Shown piece after piece: positions 8,078 through 16,734 of a stretch of 32,000 nucleotides of DNA. The stretch lies in assembly GCA_942493105.1 (NCBI GenBank), contig OW818668.1, forward strand, positions 1,980,001 through 2,012,000, in the 5' to 3' direction. The stretch is from an uncultured Erysipelotrichaceae bacterium. Lineage in GTDB: Bacteria > Bacillota_I > Bacilli_A > Erysipelotrichales > Erysipelotrichaceae. Position numbers and translations under genes: made by a program. The notes below the pieces were generated by a model. It searched no databases. It saw only the letters and a program-made list of their open reading frames with translations, and was not told the origin of the DNA. Within the stretch, counting starts at the first letter, position 1, and every line of letters begins with the position of its first letter.

Positions 8078-9948
8078 GTCAAAATACACAGAATCAAGCC
8101 CCTAAGCGACAAGGCCCAATGGGAGGACCCATGGGTGGTCCTATGGGAATGCGTTCTACCGAAAAAGCCAAAGACATCAAAGGAACACTTAAAAAACTCC
8201 TTAAATTATTGAGTCCTTATTCAGTTGCGTTATTTTTCGTATTATTGTTTGCGATCGCTTCAACCGTATTTACAGTGGTTGGACCTAAGATCTTAGGTGA
8301 AGCTACAACGATTTTGGTTGAAGGCATGATGAAACAAATCACCAATACTGGATCCATTGACTTTGATGGGATTGGTAAGATTATCCTTCTATTGGTTGGC
8401 TTGTATGTGATCAGTGCCTTGTTTATGTACATCCAAGGCTTCCTTATGAGCAAAGTTGCCAATAATATCACTTACAAGTTACGTAAAGATCTTAACAGTA
8501 AGATCGAACGTTTGCCTTTAGCCTATTTTGATAAGCATAATTATGGTCAAGTTTTATCTCATATCACCAATGATGTGGATGCGGTCAACAATTCATTGTC
8601 TCAAGGCATCACGCAACTGATTACTTCTGGGACCTCCATCATCGGGATCTTATATATGATGTTTTCCATCAACTGGCAGATGTCCATCGTCGGATTATTG
8701 GTTTTACCAGTCTCTGTTTTACTGATTGGTTTGATCATGAAATCGTCACAGCGATTCTTCAAGGATCAACAAAAATATCTAGGCATGGTCAACGGCCAAG
8801 TCGAAGAAATGTATTCCAATCACGTCATCGTCAAGGCCTTTAACGGAGAAGCACAAGCCGTTGAGAATTTTACCCAATATAACGATGAGCTTTATGATTC
8901 GGCTTGGAAATCCCAATTCTTCTCAGGTATGATGCAGCCCATCATGGGTTTCATTGGTAACTTAGGTTATGTGGTCGTGGCCATATTGGGCGGCTATTTC
9001 GCTGCTCAAGGCACTTTGACCATTGGTGCCATTCAGTCTTTCATTCAGTATATGCGTTCATTTACACAGCCTATTGCACAGATCGCAGCTCAATCCAATG
9101 CGTTGCAATCTACCATCGCAGCCAGTGAAAAAATATTCTTGTTGCTTGAAGAACCTGAAGAAGCTCCAGACACAGAAAATGCTCTGCCGATCGATGATAT
9201 TCAAGGTGATGTTGGATTTGCACACGTTAAATTTGGATATAGCCCAGAAAAGATCGTCATCAATGACTTCAAGGCACATGTATCCGCTGGTCAAAAAATA
9301 GCCATCGTCGGTCCTACCGGTGCTGGTAAAACAACCATGGTCAAATTGCTGATGCGTTTCTATGATGTCACTGAAGGTGCAATCTTGGTTGATGGTTTAG
9401 ATATTCGCCAGTTTAAACGCAATGACCTCAGAACCTTATTTGGGATGGTCCTACAAGACACCTGGCTCTATAATGACACCATCCGCGAAAACATCCGCTA
9501 TGGACGTCTGGAGGCTACAGATGAAGAAGTTCATCAAGCTGCTAAAATGGCTCAGGTTGATCACTTCGTTCAAACTTTGCCTAATGGTTACGATATGATC
9601 CTTAATGAAGATTCTTCAAACATCTCAACAGGTCAAAAGCAGTTGATGACCATCGCTAGAGCCATCTTAGCCAATCCAAAAGTTTTGATCCTAGATGAAG
9701 CAACCTCTTCAGTCGATACCAGAACAGAAATCCTGATTCAAAAAGCCATGGATATCTTGATGGAAGGCAGGACCAGTTTCATCATTGCCCATCGTTTGTC
9801 CACCATCCGTAATGCAGATCTCATCTTGGTCATGAACTTAGGTGACATCGTAGAATCGGGTACCCATGACGAACTTTTGGCCAAAGGCGGTTTCTATGCC
9901 AATCTATACAACAGTCAATTCGAAGCCGGAGAAGAAGAATTCGCGTAA
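8074..9948 (+). CDS. ABC exporter subunit (TMD-NBD half transporter) with a consensus NBD
   Basis: Walker A GPTGAGKT, Walker B LILDEATS and H-loop IAHRLS are canonical. The signature is degenerate, ISTGQ (9622..9636). The start overlaps the upstream stop (ATGA). Confidence 0.9.
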   Translation: MSQNTQNQAPKRQGPMGGPMGGPMGMRSTEKAKDIKGTLKKLLKLLSPYSVALFFVLLFAIASTVFTVVGPKILGEATTILVEGMMKQITNTGSIDFDGIGKIILLLVGLYVISALFMYIQGFLMSKVANNITYKLRKDLNSKIERLPLAYFDKHNYGQVLSHITNDVDAVNNSLSQGITQLITSGTSIIGILYMMFSINWQMSIVGLLVLPVSVLLIGLIMKSSQRFFKDQQKYLGMVNGQVEEMYSNHVIVKAFNGEAQAVENFTQYNDELYDSAWKSQFFSGMMQPIMGFIGNLGYVVVAILGGYFAAQGTLTIGAIQSFIQYMRSFTQPIAQIAAQSNALQSTIAASEKIFLLLEEPEEAPDTENALPIDDIQGDVGFAHVKFGYSPEKIVINDFKAHVSAGQKIAIVGPTGAGKTTMVKLLMRFYDVTEGAILVDGLDIRQFKRNDLRTLFGMVLQDTWLYNDTIRENIRYGRLEATDEEVHQAAKMAQVDHFVQTLPNGYDMILNEDSSNISTGQKQLMTIARAILANPKVLILDEATSSVDTRTEILIQKAMDILMEGRTSFIIAHRLSTIRNADLILVMNLGDIVESGTHDELLAKGGFYANLYNSQFEAGEEEFA

Positions 9949-9952
9949 ACTC

Positions 9953-9986
9953 AAAGGATGGATTTCAAGTGAATCCATCCTTTTTT
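9953..9986 (+). terminator. Rho-independent terminator of the marR-ABC operon
   Basis: 12-bp stem AAAGGATGGATT / AATCCATCCTTT with a 7-nt loop, followed by a T-run. Confidence 0.85.
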
Positions 9987-10015
9987 ATAAGGTTGTGGTA
10001 TGATTTTAAGGAACT

Positions 10016-10726
10016 ATGGAAAGACTCAACGTCCTTATCGCTAGAACTGGTTTATGTTCTAGACGCCAAGCAGATACCTACATCATTGAAAAACGAGTGA
10101 CCGTCAACGGTCAACTCGCTGTTTTAGGTATGCAGATCTCAGAAGAAGATCTGGTTCTTCTTGATGGAGCTCCTCTTGGGAAAAAAGCCCCCCATGTACT
10201 ATTGGCCTATCATAAGCCCAAAGGCATCACTTGTACGACTGATAAAGCCATACAAGGCAATATCATCGATGCGATCAAATATCCCATCCGTATCTTTCCT
10301 ATTGGTCGATTGGATAAAGATTCTGAAGGACTGATTCTACTCACATCAGATGGAGACATCGTTAATAAGATCCTCAGAGCTGAAAATGATCATGAGAAAG
10401 AATACTACGTCAAAGTCAATGCGCCTTTGATGGGCGACTTCAAAGAAATCATGGAAGACGGGGTTGAAATCTTCAATCCTGTTAAAAATCAAAACACAGT
10501 GACTTTACCATGTAAAGTTAAAGTCATCAACGAACAATCTTTCTATATTACCCTGAGCCAAGGTCTGAATCGTCAAATCAGAAGAATGGTTGCGACTTTA
10601 GGCTATCGTGTCGTTTACCTAAAACGTGTTCGAATCATGCATATTCATCTGGATAACTTAGCTAAAGGCGAATACAGGCTTTTAAGCGATTCTGAAACAA
10701 GGATCCTATACGAATCTATATCTTAA
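10016..10726 (+). CDS. rluF: 23S rRNA pseudouridine synthase, RluF-like (RsuA family)
   Basis: N-terminal S4 domain (RLNVLIARTGLCSRRQAD), catalytic GRLDKDSEGLILLT, and NKILRAENDHEKEYYV plus QGLNRQIRRM, which closely match my recollection of E. coli RluF. Confidence 0.8.
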   Translation: MERLNVLIARTGLCSRRQADTYIIEKRVTVNGQLAVLGMQISEEDLVLLDGAPLGKKAPHVLLAYHKPKGITCTTDKAIQGNIIDAIKYPIRIFPIGRLDKDSEGLILLTSDGDIVNKILRAENDHEKEYYVKVNAPLMGDFKEIMEDGVEIFNPVKNQNTVTLPCKVKVINEQSFYITLSQGLNRQIRRMVATLGYRVVYLKRVRIMHIHLDNLAKGEYRLLSDSETRILYESIS

Positions 10727-10727
10727 A

Positions 10728-10748
10728 AAAAGGAGCTCTGCTCCTTTT
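10728..10748. terminator. Bidirectional terminator between convergent genes
   Basis: AAAAGGAGC-TCT-GCTCCTTTT. Confidence 0.7.
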
Positions 10749-11418
10749 AAAATCCCCTGTTTTGACCTCGATAAGGCGCTTCTTTATTGGCTATGTATTC
10801 ATCGATGCCAGGCCCATTAAGTGTTTTCAAGCGCCATATCCCATAGATGTAACTGAGCACTAAAATAATGATTGTAGTAGGCAGTCCCATTAATGTATTG
10901 GCCCAACCCAATTGACTGACATCATTTTGAGAATACAAAGTTAATTGGATCGTAGTTCTCATCAAGAAGAAGATGGTCCAAATCCAGGTCACTTCTCGAT
11001 AAGCAGGTTTAATCGACTTCAACCAAAACCAATCTAATTTCCAACCTCGACTGATATGACTTGCATATGCAGCCATTGGTTTATCAACAACCAATGAAAC
11101 AATCGCCAATAACAATATAAAAGCATTACTGATGATGCCTGGCAAAAAATAATTCGTCGCATTATCGGCAATCAAAGCCATACTGCCTGCTAAAATAACG
11201 CTCACTAAACCACCAAAAGCATACCCCCAACTTTGTTTGCGTGTTATGCACAAAACTCCAAAACCAAAAGCAGTTAACCCTGCCCCAAATACCGCACTCA
11301 ACAAACCAAATTGTCCATTAATGATAATAAACAACAATGGCGGTAATACCGCATCCAGTGTTTTACCTGATAAAACAGATCTTAACTCTTGAATGATCTC
11401 TAATCCCAATTTTCTCAT
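10747..11418 (-). CDS. Hypothetical integral membrane protein (about 6 TM)
   Basis: 223 aa, hydrophobic. I could not assign a confident family by eye. Confidence 0.6.
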   Translation of the reverse strand: MRKLGLEIIQELRSVLSGKTLDAVLPPLLFIIINGQFGLLSAVFGAGLTAFGFGVLCITRKQSWGYAFGGLVSVILAGSMALIADNATNYFLPGIISNAFILLLAIVSLVVDKPMAAYASHISRGWKLDWFWLKSIKPAYREVTWIWTIFFLMRTTIQLTLYSQNDVSQLGWANTLMGLPTTIIILVLSYIYGIWRLKTLNGPGIDEYIANKEAPYRGQNRGF

Positions 11419-11494
11419 ATTTCTCTTTTCATGATCAGCAATGACTCTACTTTAAATAAATAAGCATGACAAGTCAACTTAAGCGACCATAACC

Positions 11495-12334
11495 CTATAT
11501 CCACGAATATTGAAAGAAAAGCAAGATGATACCCAATACAAAACTGGCCATGTTGGCAACCAAAGCATAGAGTATCCTACGACCCGTTTTCTTTTTCTTA
11601 TCAAATAACAACCAGCACACCAAACCTTCAAACAACCAAATGAAGCCTTCACAAAAAATCAAGACAAAGACGGCACTTACCAACCCAGCTCTGATCAAGG
11701 TTGTCCCTAAAACGATTGTCAATCCAATTTGAGTAACAAGATTCATAATCAAGAAAACTCTAAAGTTGTGTTTCGTAAATAGTCCAAACATGAGTAAGAT
11801 CAAGCCTTCTAGAATCAATGTAGGAATCAGTGTACTGATAAATTGCAGCCCATAAGCGACCATTAAATTTGGTTTGGTTATCTTCCCGCTTTCAGCATCA
11901 AATTGAATCGACATATAGAATGAATCCATCGTTAGCGTTTCGCTGACCGTGATCTTACCACTTTGGGTAACCATGATGATTCTAAATTGATCAGGGATCC
12001 GATAACCAAATTTGTGGATCATTTTTTCACCATTTTGATCACCAATCAAATCACCAAACAAAGGCACTAGAGTACCTCTAACCAAAGCTGGATACCAGCC
12101 TTGACCTTCAAGAGATCTCAAGTTTTCGATCATGCCTGGATTCAATTGATCGATCTCATGTTCATTTTGACCTAGATAAGAGGATCTTACTAAGAGATCT
12201 AAATAGTATGGCTCATCCGGAGCATGATTAACTGTAATTTTCAGCTCAGGTTTAGGACCAGCATCTGCATAAACAAGGATCGTAGAACCAAATAAGAATA
12301 TAAATATTCCACACATGATCCACAGTTTTTTCAT
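11495..12334 (-). CDS. Hypothetical protein: signal peptide, about 150-aa extracytoplasmic domain and a C-terminal multi-TM domain
   Basis: Signal peptide ...STILVYA|DAGPKP. The C-terminal half is hydrophobic, with Glu-Gly pairs inside the helices (LILEGLILL, FCEGFIWLFEGLV). AGAGG SD upstream. Confidence 0.6.
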   Translation of the reverse strand: MKKLWIMCGIFIFLFGSTILVYADAGPKPELKITVNHAPDEPYYLDLLVRSSYLGQNEHEIDQLNPGMIENLRSLEGQGWYPALVRGTLVPLFGDLIGDQNGEKMIHKFGYRIPDQFRIIMVTQSGKITVSETLTMDSFYMSIQFDAESGKITKPNLMVAYGLQFISTLIPTLILEGLILLMFGLFTKHNFRVFLIMNLVTQIGLTIVLGTTLIRAGLVSAVFVLIFCEGFIWLFEGLVCWLLFDKKKKTGRRILYALVANMASFVLGIILLFFQYSWI

Positions 12335-12367
12335 CGTTTGCCTCTTTTGCGTTGTCGCAATTAAAAA

Positions 12368-12766
12368 CTAAGATGCCTCATAAATGATATCCCATTCTAT
12401 CCCAAATTCATCAAACACATGACCCATAAGTGATCCCCAAGATGTCTCTCCAAACGGTCTTTTTACGATCCCATTGATTTTCAATCCATCAAAGATTTCT
12501 TGGGCTTGGGATAAACTGTCAGCTTCAAAAGTCAAATGTAAATTTTGCGAGAATGGATCTAGGGGTTTATCCAAATCACACATGTATAAATAAAACGCAC
12601 CGATCTGAAGCTCCGCATGCATCACCTTCCCCAAAAGCTTTTCATTGGGACAGTTCTTATCATCGATTCTCCACAATAATAACTTTTTCGCAGAGAAAAT
12701 TTCAGCATATCGTCTGTATGCTTGTTCACAATTTCCATCAAATTGGATGTAGGTTGCTAGTTTCAT
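12368..12766 (-). CDS. VOC/glyoxalase-superfamily protein (PhnB-like)
   Basis: 132 aa. The N-terminus ATYIQFDGNCEQAYRRYAEIF and the C-terminus FGETSWGSLMGHVFDEFGIEWDI are typical of PhnB-like VOC proteins. Confidence 0.65.
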   Translation of the reverse strand: MKLATYIQFDGNCEQAYRRYAEIFSAKKLLLWRIDDKNCPNEKLLGKVMHAELQIGAFYLYMCDLDKPLDPFSQNLHLTFEADSLSQAQEIFDGLKINGIVKRPFGETSWGSLMGHVFDEFGIEWDIIYEAS

Positions 12767-12842
12767 AGTGATCCTTTAATGCATCATGCATATCTATTTT
12801 CAGTGTATCATGAGATAAAGATGTTTTCCCTTCTTTTTCCCC

Positions 12843-12871
12843 TTTTCAATCCCTTTTGGCTGTCATATAAT
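12843..12871 (+). promoter_or_regulatory. Candidate sigma-70-type promoter
   Basis: -35 TTTTCA (12843..12848), a 17-nt spacer, then -10 TATAAT (12866..12871). The ORF-track ATG at 12870 lies inside the -10 box. Confidence 0.4.
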
Positions 12872-12890
12872 GGTAAAAACGGAGAGACCT

Positions 12891-13595
12891 ATGAAAAATC
12901 ATTATCTTAAACCCAAGCTCTTTGCATTAGCCTTGTTGGTTATATCTTTAGGCATGATTTTTGGGGGATTTTATATGGAAAGTGAGACCTATAGTATGAA
13001 TTACTTTGGAATTGCTTTCATTGGTATCTTTTTAAGCATCATGGCGTTGGTTACATTTTTCGTATATAGCGGACTTCAACGCAAACTTAATAATTTAATG
13101 GATGCGGCACCCCTTTTAGCCTTTGTTTTGTCAGATCAACAGGCTCAGCAGGCCATCGAAGAAAACAACAGAGCACTAAAAAGCTACAACAAGCAGATTT
13201 GGTTGACCATTGTCTTTTTCTGTATTTTATTTGCTGTCACAGGTCCTTTGTTTGCTGAAGATTGGGGACTTTGGGCTTTGATTTGTTTAGCTATTGCAGT
13301 CTTTTTCACTTTTGTTTATCTTATTGCAACAGCATATCGCGTCAATCGATTTAAGAAAAGGGATTATAATGTTATCCTAAATCAAAAAGGCGTCTATTTT
13401 ATGGGTGAATATTATACGTTTGAAATGCCCGGAGTATGGTTATCTCAAGCGGAATATGATCCTGATAAATCATTATTGACGTTAATGGTCACTGCTGCTA
13501 CAACAGCTGGCCCAGCAGATTCAACGCTCATTATTCCGATTCCAGAAGAATACAGAAACAAAATTGAAACCATCTTATCAGAGTTGCCCGCTTAA
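12891..13595 (+). CDS. Hypothetical membrane protein
   Basis: I prefer the start at 12891 because a GGAG SD lies at 12881..12884. It has four hydrophobic segments and a soluble C-terminal region of about 60 aa. Confidence 0.55.
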   Translation: MKNHYLKPKLFALALLVISLGMIFGGFYMESETYSMNYFGIAFIGIFLSIMALVTFFVYSGLQRKLNNLMDAAPLLAFVLSDQQAQQAIEENNRALKSYNKQIWLTIVFFCILFAVTGPLFAEDWGLWALICLAIAVFFTFVYLIATAYRVNRFKKRDYNVILNQKGVYFMGEYYTFEMPGVWLSQAEYDPDKSLLTLMVTAATTAGPADSTLIIPIPEEYRNKIETILSELPA

Positions 13596-13722
13596 TAGTC
13601 TTCATATTGTTTTTTTGGTTCAATCATAAAATGTGGTTTGATTTAAATTAATTGGTATTTTTAACTTACTTAAACACAATATCAATTAAACAAATATTTA
13701 ATTTACTTATTTTATTAAATAT

Positions 13723-13750
13723 AAAAATCCAAGATTTACTTGGATTTTTT
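13723..13750. terminator. Bidirectional terminator between convergent genes
   Basis: AAAAATCCAAG-ATTTA-CTTGGATTTTTT. Confidence 0.8.
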
Positions 13751-13755
13751 CATCA

Positions 13756-14430
13756 TTACCTACTGAACCAATTGTGTTCAAGTTGAGGATTAAACAGATA
13801 AACAAATAACCCTAATGCGATATAGGCAAAGCCAATCGCTTCCCATACAAAATAACTAGCCGATAACACCACTACAGTCGCCATGACTCCCCCACAGAAA
13901 TAAACAAAAATTGATACGATATACCACTGTACTTTCCACAACTCATCTTTGTTGCCTTTTAAAACAGCTCCTAAACTAAAAGCAGCATCCGTTAAGTAAC
14001 CTGTCATATGCGTCGTTCTGATCAAAATGCCTTTTACTTTAAAATAAGTTCCGTTTTGTAGTCCCATCCCAAAAGCAATCACAAACAAAATCATTTCATG
14101 TGAGGCGTCCATTAAGTAAGCAAGGGTCAAACTTAGTCCTAAAACAATGGGAAGTAGTGTATATAAAACTTTTAGGTGATGGGTCCGCTTATAAAATAGA
14201 AAACCAGCAATGACTGAACCTAAAGCAAATAATCCTACAAAAAGAAATAAAACTGAAAAAGAGCGTAACTGTCCTGATGCGATCGCTACTGCAGCATGAC
14301 TGATGTTTCCAGTATGATTTGTTATGGTCGTATCATATAACATGATGGCAGAGACACTGGTTGCCCCACCCAAGAATGTCAAACTCGTGATCCATATCAG
14401 TGTGAATATTCGGTGTCTTGTAATTTTCAT
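13756..14430 (-). CDS. YoaK/DUF1275 family membrane protein
   Basis: 224 aa, about 6 TM. The TNHTGNIS and HMTGYLTDA motifs resemble the two TGN/TG repeats of DUF1275. AAGGAG SD upstream. It lies 40 nt downstream of the antiporter with no terminator between them. Confidence 0.6.
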   Translation of the reverse strand: MKITRHRIFTLIWITSLTFLGGATSVSAIMLYDTTITNHTGNISHAAVAIASGQLRSFSVLFLFVGLFALGSVIAGFLFYKRTHHLKVLYTLLPIVLGLSLTLAYLMDASHEMILFVIAFGMGLQNGTYFKVKGILIRTTHMTGYLTDAAFSLGAVLKGNKDELWKVQWYIVSIFVYFCGGVMATVVVLSASYFVWEAIGFAYIALGLFVYLFNPQLEHNWFSR

Positions 14431-14470
14431 TTAATTTGCTCCTTAATGTGTATTCTTATCGAAGTATCAT

Positions 14471-15664
14471 TTAAGTGTTAACTTTGGATTTGTGTGAAAG
14501 TAATCGTTGATACGTTATATCAATGCCCATGGCCCCCAAAGGTGCACTGATCAAAATGGCTAATATGGCTACCGATAAAATAATGTTACCTGAAGCTAAA
14601 CCTAGCGACAAAGGAACCGACCCTATGGCAGCTTGCACAGTTGCTTTAGGTAAATAAGCGATTGAAACAAAAAGTTTTTCTTTGCTATTTAGGTTAGTTT
14701 TCAACAAACAGAAAGAAACGCCAATCATCCTAAAGATCAAAGCACTGACGATCAAACCTATAGCCAATAATCCAGTTACTTGGATCACATGAATATCTAC
14801 AGCAGCCCCAACCAATACAAATAAGAAGAGTTCTGAGGCTACCCAACTTTTCGAAAACTTAACAGCCAGTCGTTTCGCTAATATTGCATAGCGCTCCAAA
14901 ATGGTTACCCCAACACTCATGACAGCCAAATAACCAGATATCCCTATCTTACCTTTAAGTGCGGTTTCTAGTGCCATAAAAAAGAAGGCTGTGCTTAATA
15001 AGATTAGAACTTTAATGGTATCTCTAACATGAATCCGTTTAAATATCCAAATCAAAATCAAGCCACTTACGACACCTAATCCTATCCCCAAACCTATCGT
15101 AAATGGAATCAGTAACAGATTCATAACTTGAAAGCCAGTGCCTTGTATCATTTCCAACAGTGCTGTAAAGATGATGATCACATAGACATCATCGATTGAA
15201 GCACCAGCCATGATCATTTGAGGAATTTGTTTATCAACACCATACCCTTTATCCATTAACTTCAACATTCTTGGAACAACGACTGCTGGAGAAACAGCTG
15301 CCAAAACTGCACCTAATAAAGCAGCTTCTAGTGTGGTGATACCCAAAAAGAGTGGGCCTAATATCATAACTGCCACAAGTTCAAATGTAGCAGGAATGAA
15401 ACTCATTAAAAGCGCAGGTCGTCCAACTTTCTTAAGATCGCTAAGATCAAGTGATAATCCTGCCTGGGTCAAAATAATAATCAATGCTATTTGTCTTAGA
15501 TCTTTTGAAATAGCCAATATTTCAGGTGCTATCAAATTAAAACCATAAGGACCTAAAATCATGCCTGCCAAAAGCATTCCTAAAAGGCTCGGTAATTTAA
15601 GCTTTTTTAAAATACCACCAAAGATCATCCCCATCATAAGTATAAGAGCCAAACTCAGTAACAT
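14471..15664 (-). CDS. Cation:proton antiporter (Na+/H+ exchanger family, CPA-type)
   Basis: 397 aa, about 11-12 TM. The N-terminus LKLPSLLGMLLAGMILGPYGFNLI is typical of the Na_H_Exchanger family. Strong AGGAGG SD upstream. Confidence 0.8.
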   Translation of the reverse strand: MLLSLALILMMGMIFGGILKKLKLPSLLGMLLAGMILGPYGFNLIAPEILAISKDLRQIALIIILTQAGLSLDLSDLKKVGRPALLMSFIPATFELVAVMILGPLFLGITTLEAALLGAVLAAVSPAVVVPRMLKLMDKGYGVDKQIPQMIMAGASIDDVYVIIIFTALLEMIQGTGFQVMNLLLIPFTIGLGIGLGVVSGLILIWIFKRIHVRDTIKVLILLSTAFFFMALETALKGKIGISGYLAVMSVGVTILERYAILAKRLAVKFSKSWVASELFLFVLVGAAVDIHVIQVTGLLAIGLIVSALIFRMIGVSFCLLKTNLNSKEKLFVSIAYLPKATVQAAIGSVPLSLGLASGNIILSVAILAILISAPLGAMGIDITYQRLLSHKSKVNT

Positions 15665-15689
15665 ACATTCCTCCTAAAGGTGTGATTTC

Positions 15690-15780
15690 AAAATAAAAAC
15701 TGATCACCTGTAAAACTCACAGAAGTCATCAGCCTTTGGGCGGTTCAAGCGTGTGCTTTGGGAGACATTCATTCCCGCGT
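15690..15780 (-). promoter_or_regulatory. Fluoride riboswitch (crcB motif)-like aptamer with an overlapping intrinsic terminator
   Basis: The minus-strand RNA from 15776 reads GGGAAUGAAUGUCUCCC-AAAGCACACGCUUGAACC-GCCCAAAGGC-UGAUGACUUCUGU. P1 is GGGA/UCCC with an AUG-containing loop. AACCGCC, hairpin GCC-CAAA-GGC and CUGAUGA match my recollection of the crcB consensus (GGCGAUGG..CGCC..AAAC.GC..CUGAUGA..CCU). Loop GAA(U)GUC can pair with GACUUC to form the pseudoknot. The terminator CUGAUGACUUCUGU/ACAGGUGAUCAG plus U-run (15732..15690) shares its 5' arm with the aptamer 3' strand. Confidence 0.65.
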
Positions 15781-15783
15781 AAA

Positions 15784-15792
15784 AGTATAACA
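15784..15792 (-). promoter_or_regulatory. Extended -10 promoter for the riboswitch-antiporter operon
   Basis: The minus strand reads TGTTATACT (TGn + TATACT), placing the start site about 15777, immediately before aptamer stem P1. Confidence 0.5.
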
Positions 15793-15915
15793 CAAGAATC
15801 TTTGACTTGAAAGCGTAAGTTCACGTATATTCATATCTAAAACTTGGTCAATTTGGCACATTTGTAGTGTAGAACTGTTAAAATCATTTTAGAAATCTAA
15901 CCTTGAGGTCAACAA

Positions 15916-16608
15916 ATGAAGAAATGGATTAAGCGTATCGGTCTTGGTTTACTAGCGATCTTAGTTATTGCTTTTGCAGGATTTTATGTATATACCTTGG
16001 ATTATTCAAAAGCAGATGTTCAGGCTGAAGAAGCCTTTACACAATCTGTTGAACAAAGCAAAACCATCCACGCCTATCTGACAGAAGATTCTGATATTGG
16101 GATCATATTTTATCCAGGTGGAAAAGTAGAATCAAAAGCTTATTCTGTATTAGGATCAGAACTAAGTGCACAAGGCTTTTCAACCTTCATCGTTGATATG
16201 CCATTTAATTTGGCAGTATTTGATATCAATGCTGCAAATCGCGTACGTAAGCTTAATCCACAAATCAAAAGCTGGTTCTTAGCTGGTCATTCATTGGGAG
16301 GAGCGATGGCTTTTTCCCATTACGATGCGAATTCAAAAGACTATGCAGGATTGATTTTATTGGCGGCATATCCTTTAAAAGATACTTCTAAACCAATTTT
16401 GATTCTTGCGGGAATAAATGATAAAGTATTAGATTTTTCAAATCTAGATGGTTTTCAGACCACTTGGATACAAGGTGGCAATCATGCTCAATTTGGTAAT
16501 TATGGACTACAAAAAGGTGATGGAACAGCAACCATCTCAGCTACTGAACAAAGATTTATCACCATTGAAGCAATTTCAAACTTTATTCAACTTAACTTAG
16601 TTCCCTAA
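15916..16608 (+). CDS. Membrane-anchored alpha/beta hydrolase
   Basis: N-terminal TM helix, nucleophile elbow GHSLGG, then GINDKV and GGNHAQF (candidate Asp and His). GAGG SD upstream. A possible extended -10 TGTTAAAAT lies at 15876..15884. Confidence 0.75.
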   Translation: MKKWIKRIGLGLLAILVIAFAGFYVYTLDYSKADVQAEEAFTQSVEQSKTIHAYLTEDSDIGIIFYPGGKVESKAYSVLGSELSAQGFSTFIVDMPFNLAVFDINAANRVRKLNPQIKSWFLAGHSLGGAMAFSHYDANSKDYAGLILLAAYPLKDTSKPILILAGINDKVLDFSNLDGFQTTWIQGGNHAQFGNYGLQKGDGTATISATEQRFITIEAISNFIQLNLVP

Positions 16609-16719
16609 TAAAAAGATACGCAACCCTAAAAATAACTTATATATCATATATTATTGTATATATAGACTAATTAATAACTAATTTCGATACATATAATATG
16701 GTTTGCTTTTAAATGTGAG

Positions 16720-16728
16720 TGGTATAAT
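16720..16728 (+). promoter_or_regulatory. Extended -10 promoter of the pilus operon
   Basis: TGGTATAAT (TGn + TATAAT). Only 6 nt separate it from the ATG at 16735, and there is no SD-like sequence. Confidence 0.5.
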
Positions 16729-16734
16729 AAGTTT

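Noticed and set aside
8110-8152. Short tandem repeat GGNCCNATG x3 (encodes GGPMGGPMGGPM).
   Set aside because: It lies in frame within the ABC subunit N-terminus as a low-complexity coding repeat. It is not a CRISPR array, a satellite or a regulatory repeat.
13596-13722. Unusually long AT-rich spacer between convergent genes, considered as an sRNA, a small ORF or a mobile-element scar.
   Set aside because: I saw no convincing promoter-plus-terminator pair other than the shared terminator at 13723..13750. There are no terminal inverted repeats, and the only ORF is trivial (6 codons). The weak TTACTTA repeats are expected in AT-rich DNA.
15690-15780. Alternative identities for the antiporter leader, namely the Na+ (DUF1646 motif) or Li+ (nhaA-I) riboswitch classes that regulate cation antiporters.
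   Set aside because: I cannot reproduce those consensus sequences reliably. The leader shows specific matches to the crcB fluoride motif (AUG loop, AACCGCC, CUGAUGA, pseudoknot complementarity). A covariance-model scan should settle this.
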